A stretch of DNA of 62,970 nucleotides, filler included. It is 14 parts of 14 records of this genome, joined end to end, with 100 filler letters (N's around TTAATTAATTAA, not from the genome) between each part and the next. Parts side by side here need not be neighbours in the genome. Positions count along the whole stretch, not along the records: positions 12,005 to 15,865 come from SRR15195285_7012; positions 15,966 to 21,192 come from SRR15195285_7014; positions 21,293 to 29,033 come from SRR15195285_7020; 11 more parts are not named here. One strand, written 5' to 3'. The position numbers were made by a program, and so were the translations under genes. The notes beneath the pieces are model-generated. The model saw only the letters and a list, made by a program, of their open reading frames with translations, was not told the origin of the DNA and searched no databases. Shown one piece after another: positions 12,005-22,314 of the stretch; within the stretch, counting starts at the first letter, position 1, and each line of letters opens with the position of its first letter.

Positions 12005-12764
12005 CGACGTTTGCAAACGTTTGACGCAACTTAGAGTTTTCTACCATGCCCATGTCCACGTCTGCCCTCCGGAATGCTGGTAGCCAGCGGTGGGGTGCAT
12101 CTGCTGGTGTGCGGCACAGGTACCGTACATTTGCTTGAGACGCAGGGATGGATGAGAAAAAATTTTCTCAGCCGCTGCCCCGTTGCTGCTGCCGCTGTCG
12201 CGCCACCATTGCTGCTGCTGCCACCCACTTTTGCTGCTCCACCACTGCAATGAGGGCGATTTCAATACACGTCGGCGCTTGATTGTACATGTAGGCTGAA
12301 GCCGGGCGGCCGCCGGTCGCGACGTCCGCGCGTGCAACCTCATGAACATGCATGCACATCCACATGTGGTTGTAGCATATAGTAGGTTGTTGATTGTCGT
12401 TGCTTCCCGGCGCGGGATCGCGGATCGGACGCACGGCGGCGGACGGAGCACGCCGGACGCAAGCAAGCAGAAGCACGCACGCGGCAACGAAGCGCCACGG
12501 CGGCCCCGCGCGCTGAGAACGCCAGCGAGGCCACCACCTTGCGCTTGAACGATCGAACACAGTACTGTACAAGCCATTGCAGCGTGCCAGCACACACGCA
12601 GCTACTGGCACACGGCGCAGCGAAGAAGTACAGCTGGCGCGAGCAACCGTGCGTCGAGCACGTGGCCCTGCTCGTGCTGCTGCTTCGCTTCGAGTGCTGT
12701 GGCTGTATTGCAGCCGCATCAGTCCACAATTCGCCCTCGCGCGACGGCAGCGACGATCGCAGCC

Positions 12765-13670
12765 ATGGCCATGGTGGGTGGCGGCGCACGCAGTGGTGCG
12801 GTCTCGATCGGTCCGGCCGGCAGCTGCGCCGACAACGCGCGTGTCGCCAACCCTGTTGCCTTCACCGCGCGCATGTGCGCCGCTGCTCGCTGGGAAGAGA
12901 CGCAACGCCGGGACTCGATCTTCGAAGATCCCCTGGCCGAGCGCCTCGCTGGCAACGAGGGCATGGGTTCCCCGATGGGATCCTGGATTATGACTCCGAG
13001 GACGCGTTATGGAGACGACTTCTTGCGATCGCACTACGCCCGCGGCTGCCGCCAGCTGGTCCTACCAGGTGCGGGTATGGACAGCAGGGCATTCCGAATG
13101 CACGGCTTGCCTGATCTGCGCGTGTATGAGGTAGACCAACAGACAATTTTCGACGTCAAGGAACCACTCGTACGGGGTGAGACGGTGCGGGTTGCGAGTC
13201 GTTCAGTCGTCGCGACAGAGTTCACCCAGCGGGGCAAGTGGACTGACGACCTGGTCAGTGCGGGGTATGACCCACGGGTGCCGACAGTCTGGGTGCTAGA
13301 GGGTTTGTTCATGTACCTTTCCCCAGACGATGGTGCTCATCTGATGCGAGAAGTAGGTCAACTTTCGTGCACTGGTAGCGCAGTTTTTCATGACGCCATT
13401 TCTATGCACTACATCACTGCTGGCATCGTCGTAGGCGGCGCGCCCTTTATCGGTGGTTCTGACGAGTACGGCAGGCTATGGGCTGAGTATGCTGGTTTCG
13501 ACACAGGTTTTGTACGAAATTTCCGATCTGTCGCTGTAGACCGTGCGCGCCGAGCCGTGGTCGTGGACCCACGCGTGTCGGAGGCTACACCTGCGTCGTT
13601 GGCAGGTCGCGATGTAGTGCTGTTTGTCGAGGCGCAGAAAACCAATACTGGTTCTAATCCTGAGGAATAA
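12765..13670 (+). CDS. SAM-dependent methyltransferase, LCM/Ppm1/TcmP family
   Basis: Motifs TARMCAAAR, DPLAERLAG, RTRYGDD, QLVLPGAGMDSRAFR, VYEVD and EGLFMYL. No intron in the domain; the start ATG is uncertain. Confidence 0.85.
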   Translation: MAMVGGGARSGAVSIGPAGSCADNARVANPVAFTARMCAAARWEETQRRDSIFEDPLAERLAGNEGMGSPMGSWIMTPRTRYGDDFLRSHYARGCRQLVLPGAGMDSRAFRMHGLPDLRVYEVDQQTIFDVKEPLVRGETVRVASRSVVATEFTQRGKWTDDLVSAGYDPRVPTVWVLEGLFMYLSPDDGAHLMREVGQLSCTGSAVFHDAISMHYITAGIVVGGAPFIGGSDEYGRLWAEYAGFDTGFVRNFRSVAVDRARRAVVVDPRVSEATPASLAGRDVVLFVEAQKTNTGSNPEE

Positions 13671-13903
13671 CTTCTTTGTAGATGAGATCGGACACCAGAT
13701 TGAACGAGATTTGACTGCGCGTGGGCATATAAGAGGACTGAATGGGCGCGATGCATAAATACCAGATTCTTGCTGCTACCTGGCTACTGTTGCTACTATT
13801 GCTGGTGGTGCTGTGCGCAAAACCGCAAATGTCAATGCAACGTTTGGTACACCCGCATGCATTTGCATCTGCATTGGTGTACGGCGGCGAATCTTTGTGT
13901 GGA

Positions 13904-15719
13904 TCATATCCACCCACATGCCATGTCGTACGCTTCCACCGACGCCACTGTTACAGCCGTGCTGGCAGAGACGAATGCACCGGTAGAGCCGTGTGGAGGA
14001 TAGACTCGACGACTCACTGCCAGGCGGCCTTGGCCCACAAACCATTCTGTGATGCTCCGATCCACGAGCACGCGCACCTCTAGCTCAGTCTCGTTCTTCT
14101 CGAGTGTGAATTGAGCAATACTCCATGTTTTGGGGCGATCCAGGATGGTCACATTTCTTGCAGCACCAGAGGAGACTGCGAGTCGCAACGTATCGCTGCC
14201 ATTGAAGACAGAAACCGAAACATTGACGGGCGTTTGGGTGTCTGATGGCAGCGTGAACCGGACCACGAGATCCATTGCGGCGCCACTACCTGTGGGAAGC
14301 GGCACCTGGTGCGGTTCGCTCGGCTTAAGATCCACTGTCGTCTCATTCGCCAGACTGCCATTGTGAAGGGCTGCTAGCTCAGTCGGTGGGAAGGCCGTGA
14401 GACGAGCCCATTCAGGATGATACGTCAACACCCGAATAGTCGATAGTGCTTGCACGCCACAAACCTTGATTCCTTGCACATCAGGGCACCACTTGGAGGC
14501 ACTGCCGTCATTGTTACCCCCCATGAGCCATCCCACTTGCAGCACTCGGGACGTCGCCTCGTCAATACCGGCTGCTGTCCACCCAAGGACTCCGAAGTCT
14601 GTGTAGAATGACGCCGTGACATTCATGGACGAGTCTCCAGGGGCGGTCGTTCCCACTGAGTATAGCGACTTCGAGCCATCGGAAATCAAATGCGTAGGGC
14701 CTCCTGGTGCTTGGGCTGACAACGGTAAAAAAGCAGGACCAGATTGGCCTCCACGGTTGCCAGCAAAGTGTGGCATCGCCAGCGACCACGGACCTACCTG
14801 ATCGCGTGAAAAGTTCGGAGATGTGTAGCGCGACCATCCACCATCCGAGGCGCAAACCATGCTGCCGCAATCACAGCACAACCACACGGCGCTTAAACTC
14901 GACCAAAGCTGAATAGCACGGTCGCGCTGTATATATACAGCGTGCAACGATCTATCATCATAGGCTTGGGCGAAGCATCGGAGTGGCAGGCATGATGGAT
15001 AGCATCGTTGCTCACCTCCACGGGGCACTCGAGTTGTTTGTCTTCCACACGCGGCCCGCAAAGCTACAAGGAGGAGAACCGTCTGCAAATTGCACTGGGT
15101 TACTGCTGCTTGTGATCCATTTTTCGAGGTTCGGGTCGGCTGCGTCGGTAGGCCAAGCAACACCGACCACTGGAGCATCACCAACCTGGGTGCCGACACC
15201 TCCACGATCACGCGATGCGTCAGCATGTAGGCCGCGGTGGTCGCAGCCAGGACCGTACATCATGACAGGCCCGACCGAATCTGGAAACGAGATGGAGCCG
15301 TCGCAGGCCTCTCCGTGCTCGTAGTTCGTTAGATTCGGGACAAGTGCGTCCGGCAGCCTCTGCCAGGTTGCCAGGTTCTTGCTGATAACGTGCCCCCAAG
15401 AATGGAACCAGTTGCTTTCGGCAGGGGTGGGGTGTGGGTTTGCGCCTTCCCAGCCTCCTCCACACGGCACTCCGCTAGGACCACCATCACACTGATGGAA
15501 GATGTGAAAGACTCCCGACCGCCCGAAGACACCGTTTGCATCGTTGACGCCCCCCGGCCACGTCGCGCCGTTCTTGCCTGGGAACTGCGGTGCGATGACG
15601 TGGTACTGTGGCTGGTGGGCGTGGATTCCATTCTTCGGCTGGCATTCGCCGTAAGGTGATTCAGCAGCAACCGCCTGGGCAGCCACCGGCGTTAGTACAG
15701 CGGCCAGCGTCGCCAACAT
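13904..15719 (-). CDS. Secreted GH32-like five-bladed beta-propeller + beta-sandwich protein
   Basis: Motifs QPQYH, VNDANG, FHIFHQ, WGHVISKNLATW and DGS. Phase-2 intron at 14862-15015. C-terminal LEVRVLVDRSITEWF...RVYP. The start could lie further upstream. Confidence 0.8.
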
Positions 15720-15865
15720 CCGCCAATGATCGGCGGTCACCGACACTGCGGCCAACATGCAGTCGAGCGCGATCGCGAGCGCGCACAGCGCATAGACCCG
15801 CCGCCGCCAGTACGCAGTAGGGGTGCCACCAGGCCATGACAATGTGATTTACGGGTCGGGGTGCA

Positions 15866-15965
15866 NNNNNNNNNNNNNNNNNNNNNNNNNNNNNNNNNNN
15901 NNNNNNNNNTTAATTAATTAANNNNNNNNNNNNNNNNNNNNNNNNNNNNNNNNNNNNNNNNNNNN
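15866..15965. other. Artificial contig spacer
   Basis: N44-TTAATTAATTAA-N44. Confidence 0.99.
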
Positions 15966-16296
15966 CGCACACTGCCATTGGCACCGATCATATATCTTAT
16001 ATGGGCTTTGTGTATTGACAACTGTAATTATGGTAGTATAGGGTGGTTGGGCCATACATGTAGGCGCGTGGAGGCCGCGCGCGGGGGCGGAGGATTGCGA
16101 CGGAACGGTCGGACCTGTGGCTGACACGGATCGCACGCGCGCGCATGCATGAGTGATGCGACCGACGGGAGCGCCTCGCGCGCGCCGGGCCGCGCGGGCG
16201 CGCGCAGCTGCTAGAGGGAGGTCCGACCGGAGCGGCGACAGCGCGAGCGAGATCGACTCGGATTCACCAACCGCGGTTAAAGTGCAGCCTCAAGGG

Positions 16297-17191
16297 ATGA
16301 CAGCGACGCGCAGGATTGCACGCTTGGCCTCGCAGATAGCGACCTCGCCAGCAGCAGTGGGCAGCAGCTCCTCGGAGCCGTCAGTGCTGATCGTCGGCGC
16401 TTCACGCGGCATCGGCCTGGGATTGGCGCAGTCATACGCAGCTAGTGGTTGGCATGTCCACGCCACCACGCGCACGCTCGATGATCCCGGCGACTTGGGC
16501 AGCATCTCTGGTGACGTGACGCTGTAAGCAAGTTTGACACTACAAAGCAATTGTGTTCTATGTGTAGATCGATGGGGCCCTGAGATGGTGCTGGTTGCCG
16601 GCAGTCACGCCTGTGACGTGACTGCACTGAATGCAGGCACTACACTGGCTGCATCGCTGGATGGCGCGCCCATCGATGTCCTGATATACAACGCAGGCGT
16701 CAATCCAAGTGACGGCGACGAGGACGGTAGGCAGCCGTATGTGATGAATACGAATGCGATTGCTCCGTTTCTTGTGGTCACGCCGCTGCTTCAGAACGTC
16801 GCCGCGTCGACACTCAAGAAGGTCGCGCTGGTATCTAGCCAGCTGGGATCACGGCAAGATTTTGGCAATGGCTCCATTCCGACGCCGATCTACCACGCCT
16901 CCAAGTGTGTGCTGAACGACGGCTTCCGTGAACAGGAGCCACTCTGGCGGGAGGCGTACGGGCTGACGTCAATAATCTTCCACCCGGTACGCAATGTTGT
17001 TGTTTGCACGCTGCTACCATCCTGACTCAGCGCGTGGTATACAGGGCTGGGTGGTGACGGACATGGGTGGCGATGGTGCTGACATAACTGTGGCCGAGTC
17101 TGTCGAAGGTATGAAGACAATGCTGGAGCACGTGACAGCAAGCGATTCTGGGAAGTTCTACAGGTGGAATGGGACGGAACACCCATGGTAA
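16297..17191 (+). CDS. Short-chain dehydrogenase/reductase, CsgA (C-signal)-like
   Basis: Motifs VGASRGIG, NAG, YHASK (YxxxK), HPGWVVTDMGG and terminal PW. Introns 16524-16604 and 16987-17044 restore the frame. The N-terminal RIARLASQI is PTS2-like. Confidence 0.9.
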
Positions 17192-17307
17192 AGAACCGCC
17201 TACATCAAGGCTCACAAGATTGGTCTATGTCTGTGACGATTGCGTAATGCAACTCATTACGGGTTAAGCCTAGCAGCTAAATCCCCACCATCTCTGATCA
17301 GCTTTCG

Positions 17308-20300
17308 TCATGTGGCAGCACTGAGAAGCTCGATCACGATATAGACTGCGCCACCCTTACCTTTGCTACCACCGTCACCTCCGCTGCCCGTACCGTTGGT
17401 CCAGCCAACTCCACCCTTGCCAGGTGTCGAAGGCGACCCATCTGTAGCTGCGTTATTCACGGTTGGATCGCCCTTTGTGATGGATCCACGCTGCCCACTC
17501 GTTGCTCCAATTCCGTTGGTACCGGGAAGTGCAACGGTTGGGTAGATGGGGTCTTGAGTTGTACGAATAGGATACACGGCAGAGCCACTCTCGGCAACGC
17601 CACGCTTCTGTTTCACATCCCGACCAGAACCGGGTGATCTGTAGCCATCAGGACCGTCATCGAACGCTAATGACGACTGCTCGCCTGGCCCGCCGACCTC
17701 GATCGTCATCGGAAAACATGTCAGAATATTGTAGTAAGTCTCGGTAGCGATCCCTCCTGCTCCTCCGCCCCCGCCGTCGCTCCCTACGCCCCCGTCGCCA
17801 CCACCTCCCACCACTGTGGCAGTGAGCTTCACGCTCGTGTTCAGCACCACTCCACTAATGCCAGCAGCAACCATCCATTCCCTCAGAGTTTTGGTTATAT
17901 TTCCAGGCTTAATGAATGGTGGTAGCTCCCAGCGCTGCACAGTTGGTAGCTGCTCCACTGTGATCGCATTAAGTGGCGCCAGTGCAGATGTATTTCCCCC
18001 AAAAATTCTAGAATCCAAGTTACTGGTGAAGTGCGCCGCCCACACGCGCCCTATGCGTGCGCCTGAGAAAGCCTCAAAGCAGGCAATGCTTACTGTGTCA
18101 GTCGACCCGTTGATTATGAGCTGCGAACCGACTGGCAGCGCTGGTGAGGACGCAGTGACATTCTTCGGCGCAATTGCGTACCGCACGCTGCTACAGCCGC
18201 TCTCCTCTGCAGAAGAGGTGAGAGCAATGGTGACCACACCTTCGCTGAAGAGAGCGATCTCACTTAAGTGAGGTCCAAAGCGCAAAGGTGGACTGCCTTC
18301 ACCTGCTAGGTCCTGATTTCGCATCGTCCCCGCAACAACCAGGCTGAACGGCTGGAACCAGTACCGCCGGACAACAGGTTCGCCAACACGCTGACCGGTC
18401 TGCATGTCGAACGCCTGGGCATGAATTGCAATAAACCCATGCTCACCGAGCTCCGGCGAGGATGCGTTGAAGCTCAGCGTTGGTGGCATTGGAGTAGAGC
18501 TGTTGGTTGCATACTCGCCACTGCCACCGCCTGTTATCAGCCCGGATTCATCCATGTCGAAGGTACTGTTCGTGTAACGCACGATTGTGTTCTGGCGATT
18601 TACGACCAACGTCAGAGTAAGCGTCTCCGCAAACGACAGAATGTAATCCATACTCGTCTCGGTATCTGTGCGGAAGATGTCACCTAAGTCTTTCGTTAGA
18701 CCCTCCTCTAGCAATCGGAACCCCGCGTTGACTGCACTGAACAACCCATCAAGGTGGGCGAATGTCCTCGCAAACGAGCTGTAGTACGAAGTAGCGTCAT
18801 TGCCGTACGAATACGTATTCTCAGCAAGCGCTGGGGCTTTGTACCTCAAGAAACCAACCTTGTCCTGTTGTCCACGTTGCGTCTCCCAAAGTACCATTTC
18901 AGCCCCAAGCAGTTGCTTGTTTACAGGAATCGGATATCCCTGCGCCATATTCTTCTTGGGCTTGGTAGCGTGTGGCACCAGACCACTGGCTTTGAATGTC
19001 GGATCGCCGTGCTTTGAATTGGAAGCATCTGCATGGAGCCAGCAGCAATAAGTGAGATGTGCCCAGCGGCAGGTCGTCTCATTGAACTGGGGGTCAACTT
19101 GGAACGACCAGGCTGCACAATTTTGGGCTTGTGAGCATATCTCGCAGCACTCAGCTGGGTTTTTCGCATCGCGTGGGCCGTTCGTGTCCACATAATGCGA
19201 GTTGTTAAACCTCACCCCCTCCTGAATCCCGGTACATTTAGGTGGTGGTGGCGCCGGCTGAGGGTCAGTGTGCGTGTAGATTGTTCCAGCGACACTGTGA
19301 TCAAAAACTCCGTGCACAGGAGTATATACCCGGGGTTTCCATGCAGTTTGCATGGTCGTGAGGCCTTGATTGCCGTGCAGATTCGACTTCTGCTGGTCTT
19401 CGAGGTACCCGTTTCCGCCGTTGATCCACCAAGGCTGCGTAATGATCGTGTGATTGGCCGTACCGTTCGTGTTGACGTTCTCGTAAGCCATCAGCCGAAC
19501 CTTGCCAGCTGTTTTGTTGCGGATGTACTCGTTAAGGTCGGTGATGAAATGGTCCACGATCACTGCTTCGCTGCACGGAGTCAGTCCATGCTTCTTGCAA
19601 AACCCGGGGGCTGTGGTCGCTTGCGCTACCTTGTCCGTGCTCACCTCATCCCAACCAATGTGAACAACAGGCGTTGTAGGAAAAGTCAAAAGCACCGAAT
19701 CGAGCAACAGCTTCACTGCCTCAATCGCAAGGTCGCTCGCGAGGTTAGTGCAGCCCAACTCAACTGGGTCGCGAAACACCTCGGCAGGGAGGGTGTTGTG
19801 ACCAACAATCTCAACACCGGGAAGAAGCGTCACGCCTCGTGCTTCCGCATACTCGCCCAGCTCGTCCCAAGCGGTGCTGCTGTTGCACCAGGGCTGCTCC
19901 CCGTCTGCCTTGTAAGAAGGACAGCCCTTGGCGCCGTCCGCCGCGATCGAGCTGAGCCCAAAGGGGCGAGGAGCTACATTTGGCTTCACCGTGATGTGCC
20001 ACCACAAGTTCTGCAGAATTCCGTTCACGCGCGTTGTGATCGTGATCTGCGAGTCTGTCTTAGTGATGTTGATCGTCGGCTTATCCGTTGGTTTGTAGTG
20101 CTGCTGGCCGAAGTAGAAGATCGACGCATCAATCATCGCGCCCGCCAGGCTCAAGCCAGGTGGAGCACGTATAGTCCACGTCCCGTTCACACCAGGGCGC
20201 TGGGCAAGACTGAGGTTGAGGTGGTTGTTGTCGGTGGTACTGTGCCACGAGTTGCATGCGCCAGAAGCGCTGTGGAACTGAAAGTAGCAAACCAGCCCTT

Positions 20301-21054
20301 CGAATACGACCGGCGCATCTACACTCATGGAGAGCGGGATTGGCAGCCGCCAGCCCTGCTCAGCCGTCGCGAAGATATGCAGGTAGCGCATCTTGTAGAA
20401 GCGCGCCAGCTCAATCAAAGATTTAAGGGTCAAGATGTCAACGGGGTCGCGCGCTAGGTCGTACATGAAGCCCGTCCACTCGACCGTAGCATAGTCGGAC
20501 ACGGTCATCGGAGCGAGAGTCGCGCTGCCTGGGCTGGGGTTGGGGCGTAGCGACTGCAGCAAGGTCGCCGTGCCGTGTGCGACACCGACCAGGCTGCCAG
20601 CCGTCACAGTAACACCGGTGGTGCCGACGACGAGCGTGTACGGGAAGTACTCGTTGTCGTGCTCGACAACGCTGGAGTTGAGTCTCAGCGTAATCTCAAA
20701 CGACGCAGCAGTCCCAGCAGCGGGTCCTGTGTGAGCGTTTCCAACCGTCGTGGCGATACCCGCGAGATTGAGCAGCTCGTCGGCGAGCACCGCGGCGTGT
20801 GGCTTCAGTGCGTCGGACATGACCGTGATCCTCGAGCCGCTGCTGATCTCGACGACCTCGCCCGCGCCTCCCGCTCCAGGCGAAAAGTTGCGCACCCTTG
20901 GCACGGAGGTGAGCGATGGCAGGGAGTTGGCGTCTGGCCATGTGGTAGCTCCGGTAGACGCTGATATCGCCGTGCAGACCACCGTAACCACTAGCTGCGT
21001 TGCCAGTAGCAGGGCGACGCTTGGCGCAGCGCGTACCTGTTCCGGCCGTGCCAT
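17308..21054 (-). CDS. Secreted GH20 beta-hexosaminidase-like protein with inserted PAN/apple-like module and Gly-rich tail
   Basis: 1248-aa ORF with a signal peptide and GH20 domain-2 pattern (YTLVV...GVAHGTATLLQ). Catalytic-domain motifs MYDLAR, YKMRYLH...QGWRL, YAEARGV, HIGWDE (catalytic DE) and LGAEMVLWE. Confidence 0.85.
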   Translation of the reverse strand: MARPEQVRAAPSVALLLATQLVVTVVCTAISASTGATTWPDANSLPSLTSVPRVRNFSPGAGGAGEVVEISSGSRITVMSDALKPHAAVLADELLNLAGIATTVGNAHTGPAAGTAASFEITLRLNSSVVEHDNEYFPYTLVVGTTGVTVTAGSLVGVAHGTATLLQSLRPNPSPGSATLAPMTVSDYATVEWTGFMYDLARDPVDILTLKSLIELARFYKMRYLHIFATAEQGWRLPIPLSMSVDAPVVFEGLVCYFQFHSASGACNSWHSTTDNNHLNLSLAQRPGVNGTWTIRAPPGLSLAGAMIDASIFYFGQQHYKPTDKPTINITKTDSQITITTRVNGILQNLWWHITVKPNVAPRPFGLSSIAADGAKGCPSYKADGEQPWCNSSTAWDELGEYAEARGVTLLPGVEIVGHNTLPAEVFRDPVELGCTNLASDLAIEAVKLLLDSVLLTFPTTPVVHIGWDEVSTDKVAQATTAPGFCKKHGLTPCSEAVIVDHFITDLNEYIRNKTAGKVRLMAYENVNTNGTANHTIITQPWWINGGNGYLEDQQKSNLHGNQGLTTMQTAWKPRVYTPVHGVFDHSVAGTIYTHTDPQPAPPPPKCTGIQEGVRFNNSHYVDTNGPRDAKNPAECCEICSQAQNCAAWSFQVDPQFNETTCRWAHLTYCCWLHADASNSKHGDPTFKASGLVPHATKPKKNMAQGYPIPVNKQLLGAEMVLWETQRGQQDKVGFLRYKAPALAENTYSYGNDATSYYSSFARTFAHLDGLFSAVNAGFRLLEEGLTKDLGDIFRTDTETSMDYILSFAETLTLTLVVNRQNTIVRYTNSTFDMDESGLITGGGSGEYATNSSTPMPPTLSFNASSPELGEHGFIAIHAQAFDMQTGQRVGEPVVRRYWFQPFSLVVAGTMRNQDLAGEGSPPLRFGPHLSEIALFSEGVVTIALTSSAEESGCSSVRYAIAPKNVTASSPALPVGSQLIINGSTDTVSIACFEAFSGARIGRVWAAHFTSNLDSRIFGGNTSALAPLNAITVEQLPTVQRWELPPFIKPGNITKTLREWMVAAGISGVVLNTSVKLTATVVGGGGDGGVGSDGGGGGAGGIATETYYNILTCFPMTIEVGGPGEQSSLAFDDGPDGYRSPGSGRDVKQKRGVAESGSAVYPIRTTQDPIYPTVALPGTNGIGATSGQRGSITKGDPTVNNAATDGSPSTPGKGGVGWTNGTGSGGDGGSKGKGGAVYIVIELLSAAT

Positions 21055-21192
21055 TTCGCGTTGCTTCCGCGCAGTGCGAGATAGACGCCGGTGCGACGTG
21101 CGTCGCGCGAGTGCGGCAGTCGGGCAGTGAGTGCTACTAGTACGCCCGAGTGGAGGTGAGTGGAGGTGAGGCCCCAGATTGGCGATTTTCGG

Positions 21193-21292
21193 NNNNNNNN
21201 NNNNNNNNNNNNNNNNNNNNNNNNNNNNNNNNNNNNTTAATTAATTAANNNNNNNNNNNNNNNNNNNNNNNNNNNNNNNNNNNNNNNNNNNN
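21193..21292. other. Artificial contig spacer
   Basis: N44-TTAATTAATTAA-N44. Confidence 0.99.
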
Positions 21293-21790
21293 GGTGGAGA
21301 GTCTGATGGGGTGGATGATCAAAAGGAGGAGGAGGAGCGCGCAGCTGCGAGCCGACGGACACGAGCCAACCAGCTGCAGCTGTTCCAGCACAGTGTGCGG
21401 CAGGCGGTGCTCGCTGTGGCAGCGGGCGATCTCTATGTACTCAAGCTGAAATACCAGTCCGTAGTCTCTGCAGACGGCGGCCAGAGTGGGCAGCAGGAGG
21501 GAGTGGACTCAAAGGCCAGATCGTGGGCGCAAGACGGTGAGATGTGGGAGGATCTGCTGGAGCTGCTGCGCATGGAGGGGGGCCACGACGCCAACCCAAA
21601 CGCTGTGCAGATTTTTCAGTCTTCTGGTGATGACTCAGCCAGCGGTGATGGTGATGTTCAGGCTGCGGTGTCTGGTAGTAGTGAGGAAGAGAGAAGGGAG
21701 GCGCGGATTGTTGCAAGGAGGGAGGCGAGGAGGGAGGCGAAGGCGAGACACGACTACTGGTACAAGCATGCCCACCCGGATCCTGGCTAG
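21293..21790 (+). CDS. 3' end of a hypothetical protein (5'-truncated)
   Basis: The frame is open from the contig edge to TAG at 21790, with coding-like codon use. Confidence 0.5.
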   Translation, partial: GGESDGVDDQKEEEERAAASRRTRANQLQLFQHSVRQAVLAVAAGDLYVLKLKYQSVVSADGGQSGQQEGVDSKARSWAQDGEMWEDLLELLRMEGGHDANPNAVQIFQSSGDDSASGDGDVQAAVSGSSEEERREARIVARREARREAKARHDYWYKHAHPDPG

Positions 21791-22314
21791 TTTCGCGCTT
21801 GCATTGCCGACCAGTCAATGGCGTTCGTACCGGTAACGATCAGGCAATGTACTGTGCGTGTTCTCATGCCAATGTCTACGCACGCCTATCAACCGTCTAA
21901 ATCAGAGTCGTCGACAGGTGTCTGATGCCACCCGGCGAAGCCAGGGCTATCACACTAGTTGCAGTGCATCTAGCTGCAATGCATCCAGAGTAATGAATGT
22001 TGCATTGGAGAGGGCTGTTGTTGCTTCAATTGACTGGCCGCCGGTGGTCGTGTCCCAGCCAATTGGCTGGCCGCCGGTGGCCGTGTGCCCTGTCCCGAGG
22101 TCTGGTGAAAAAATTAACCAGATCCATGCAGGATATTGGCTGGAAGATGGCTGGAAGTGGTGAACTCTGAGCGAATCCGTATCAAATCATACTTGGGCGC
22201 TAGCTCTAGGTTCGGTCCGGTGCATTTGAACATTCCCGGTATACATGTAGGCAAGTCCCAAAACTACACTAGACGGACCCACGCCTCGGCCGATCAGCAT
22301 CCAGCTAGCACTCG

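Noticed and set aside
19195-20457. 420-aa + strand ORF, and similar long ORFs at 27984..28919, 44036..44803 and 57914..58742
   Set aside because: These are antisense shadows of well-supported genes, expected with GC3-rich codons.
22027-22086. Two 27-nt direct repeats (25/27 identical) as a mini-CRISPR
   Set aside because: Only two copies 6 nt apart, no cas genes and a eukaryotic context; a simple local duplication.
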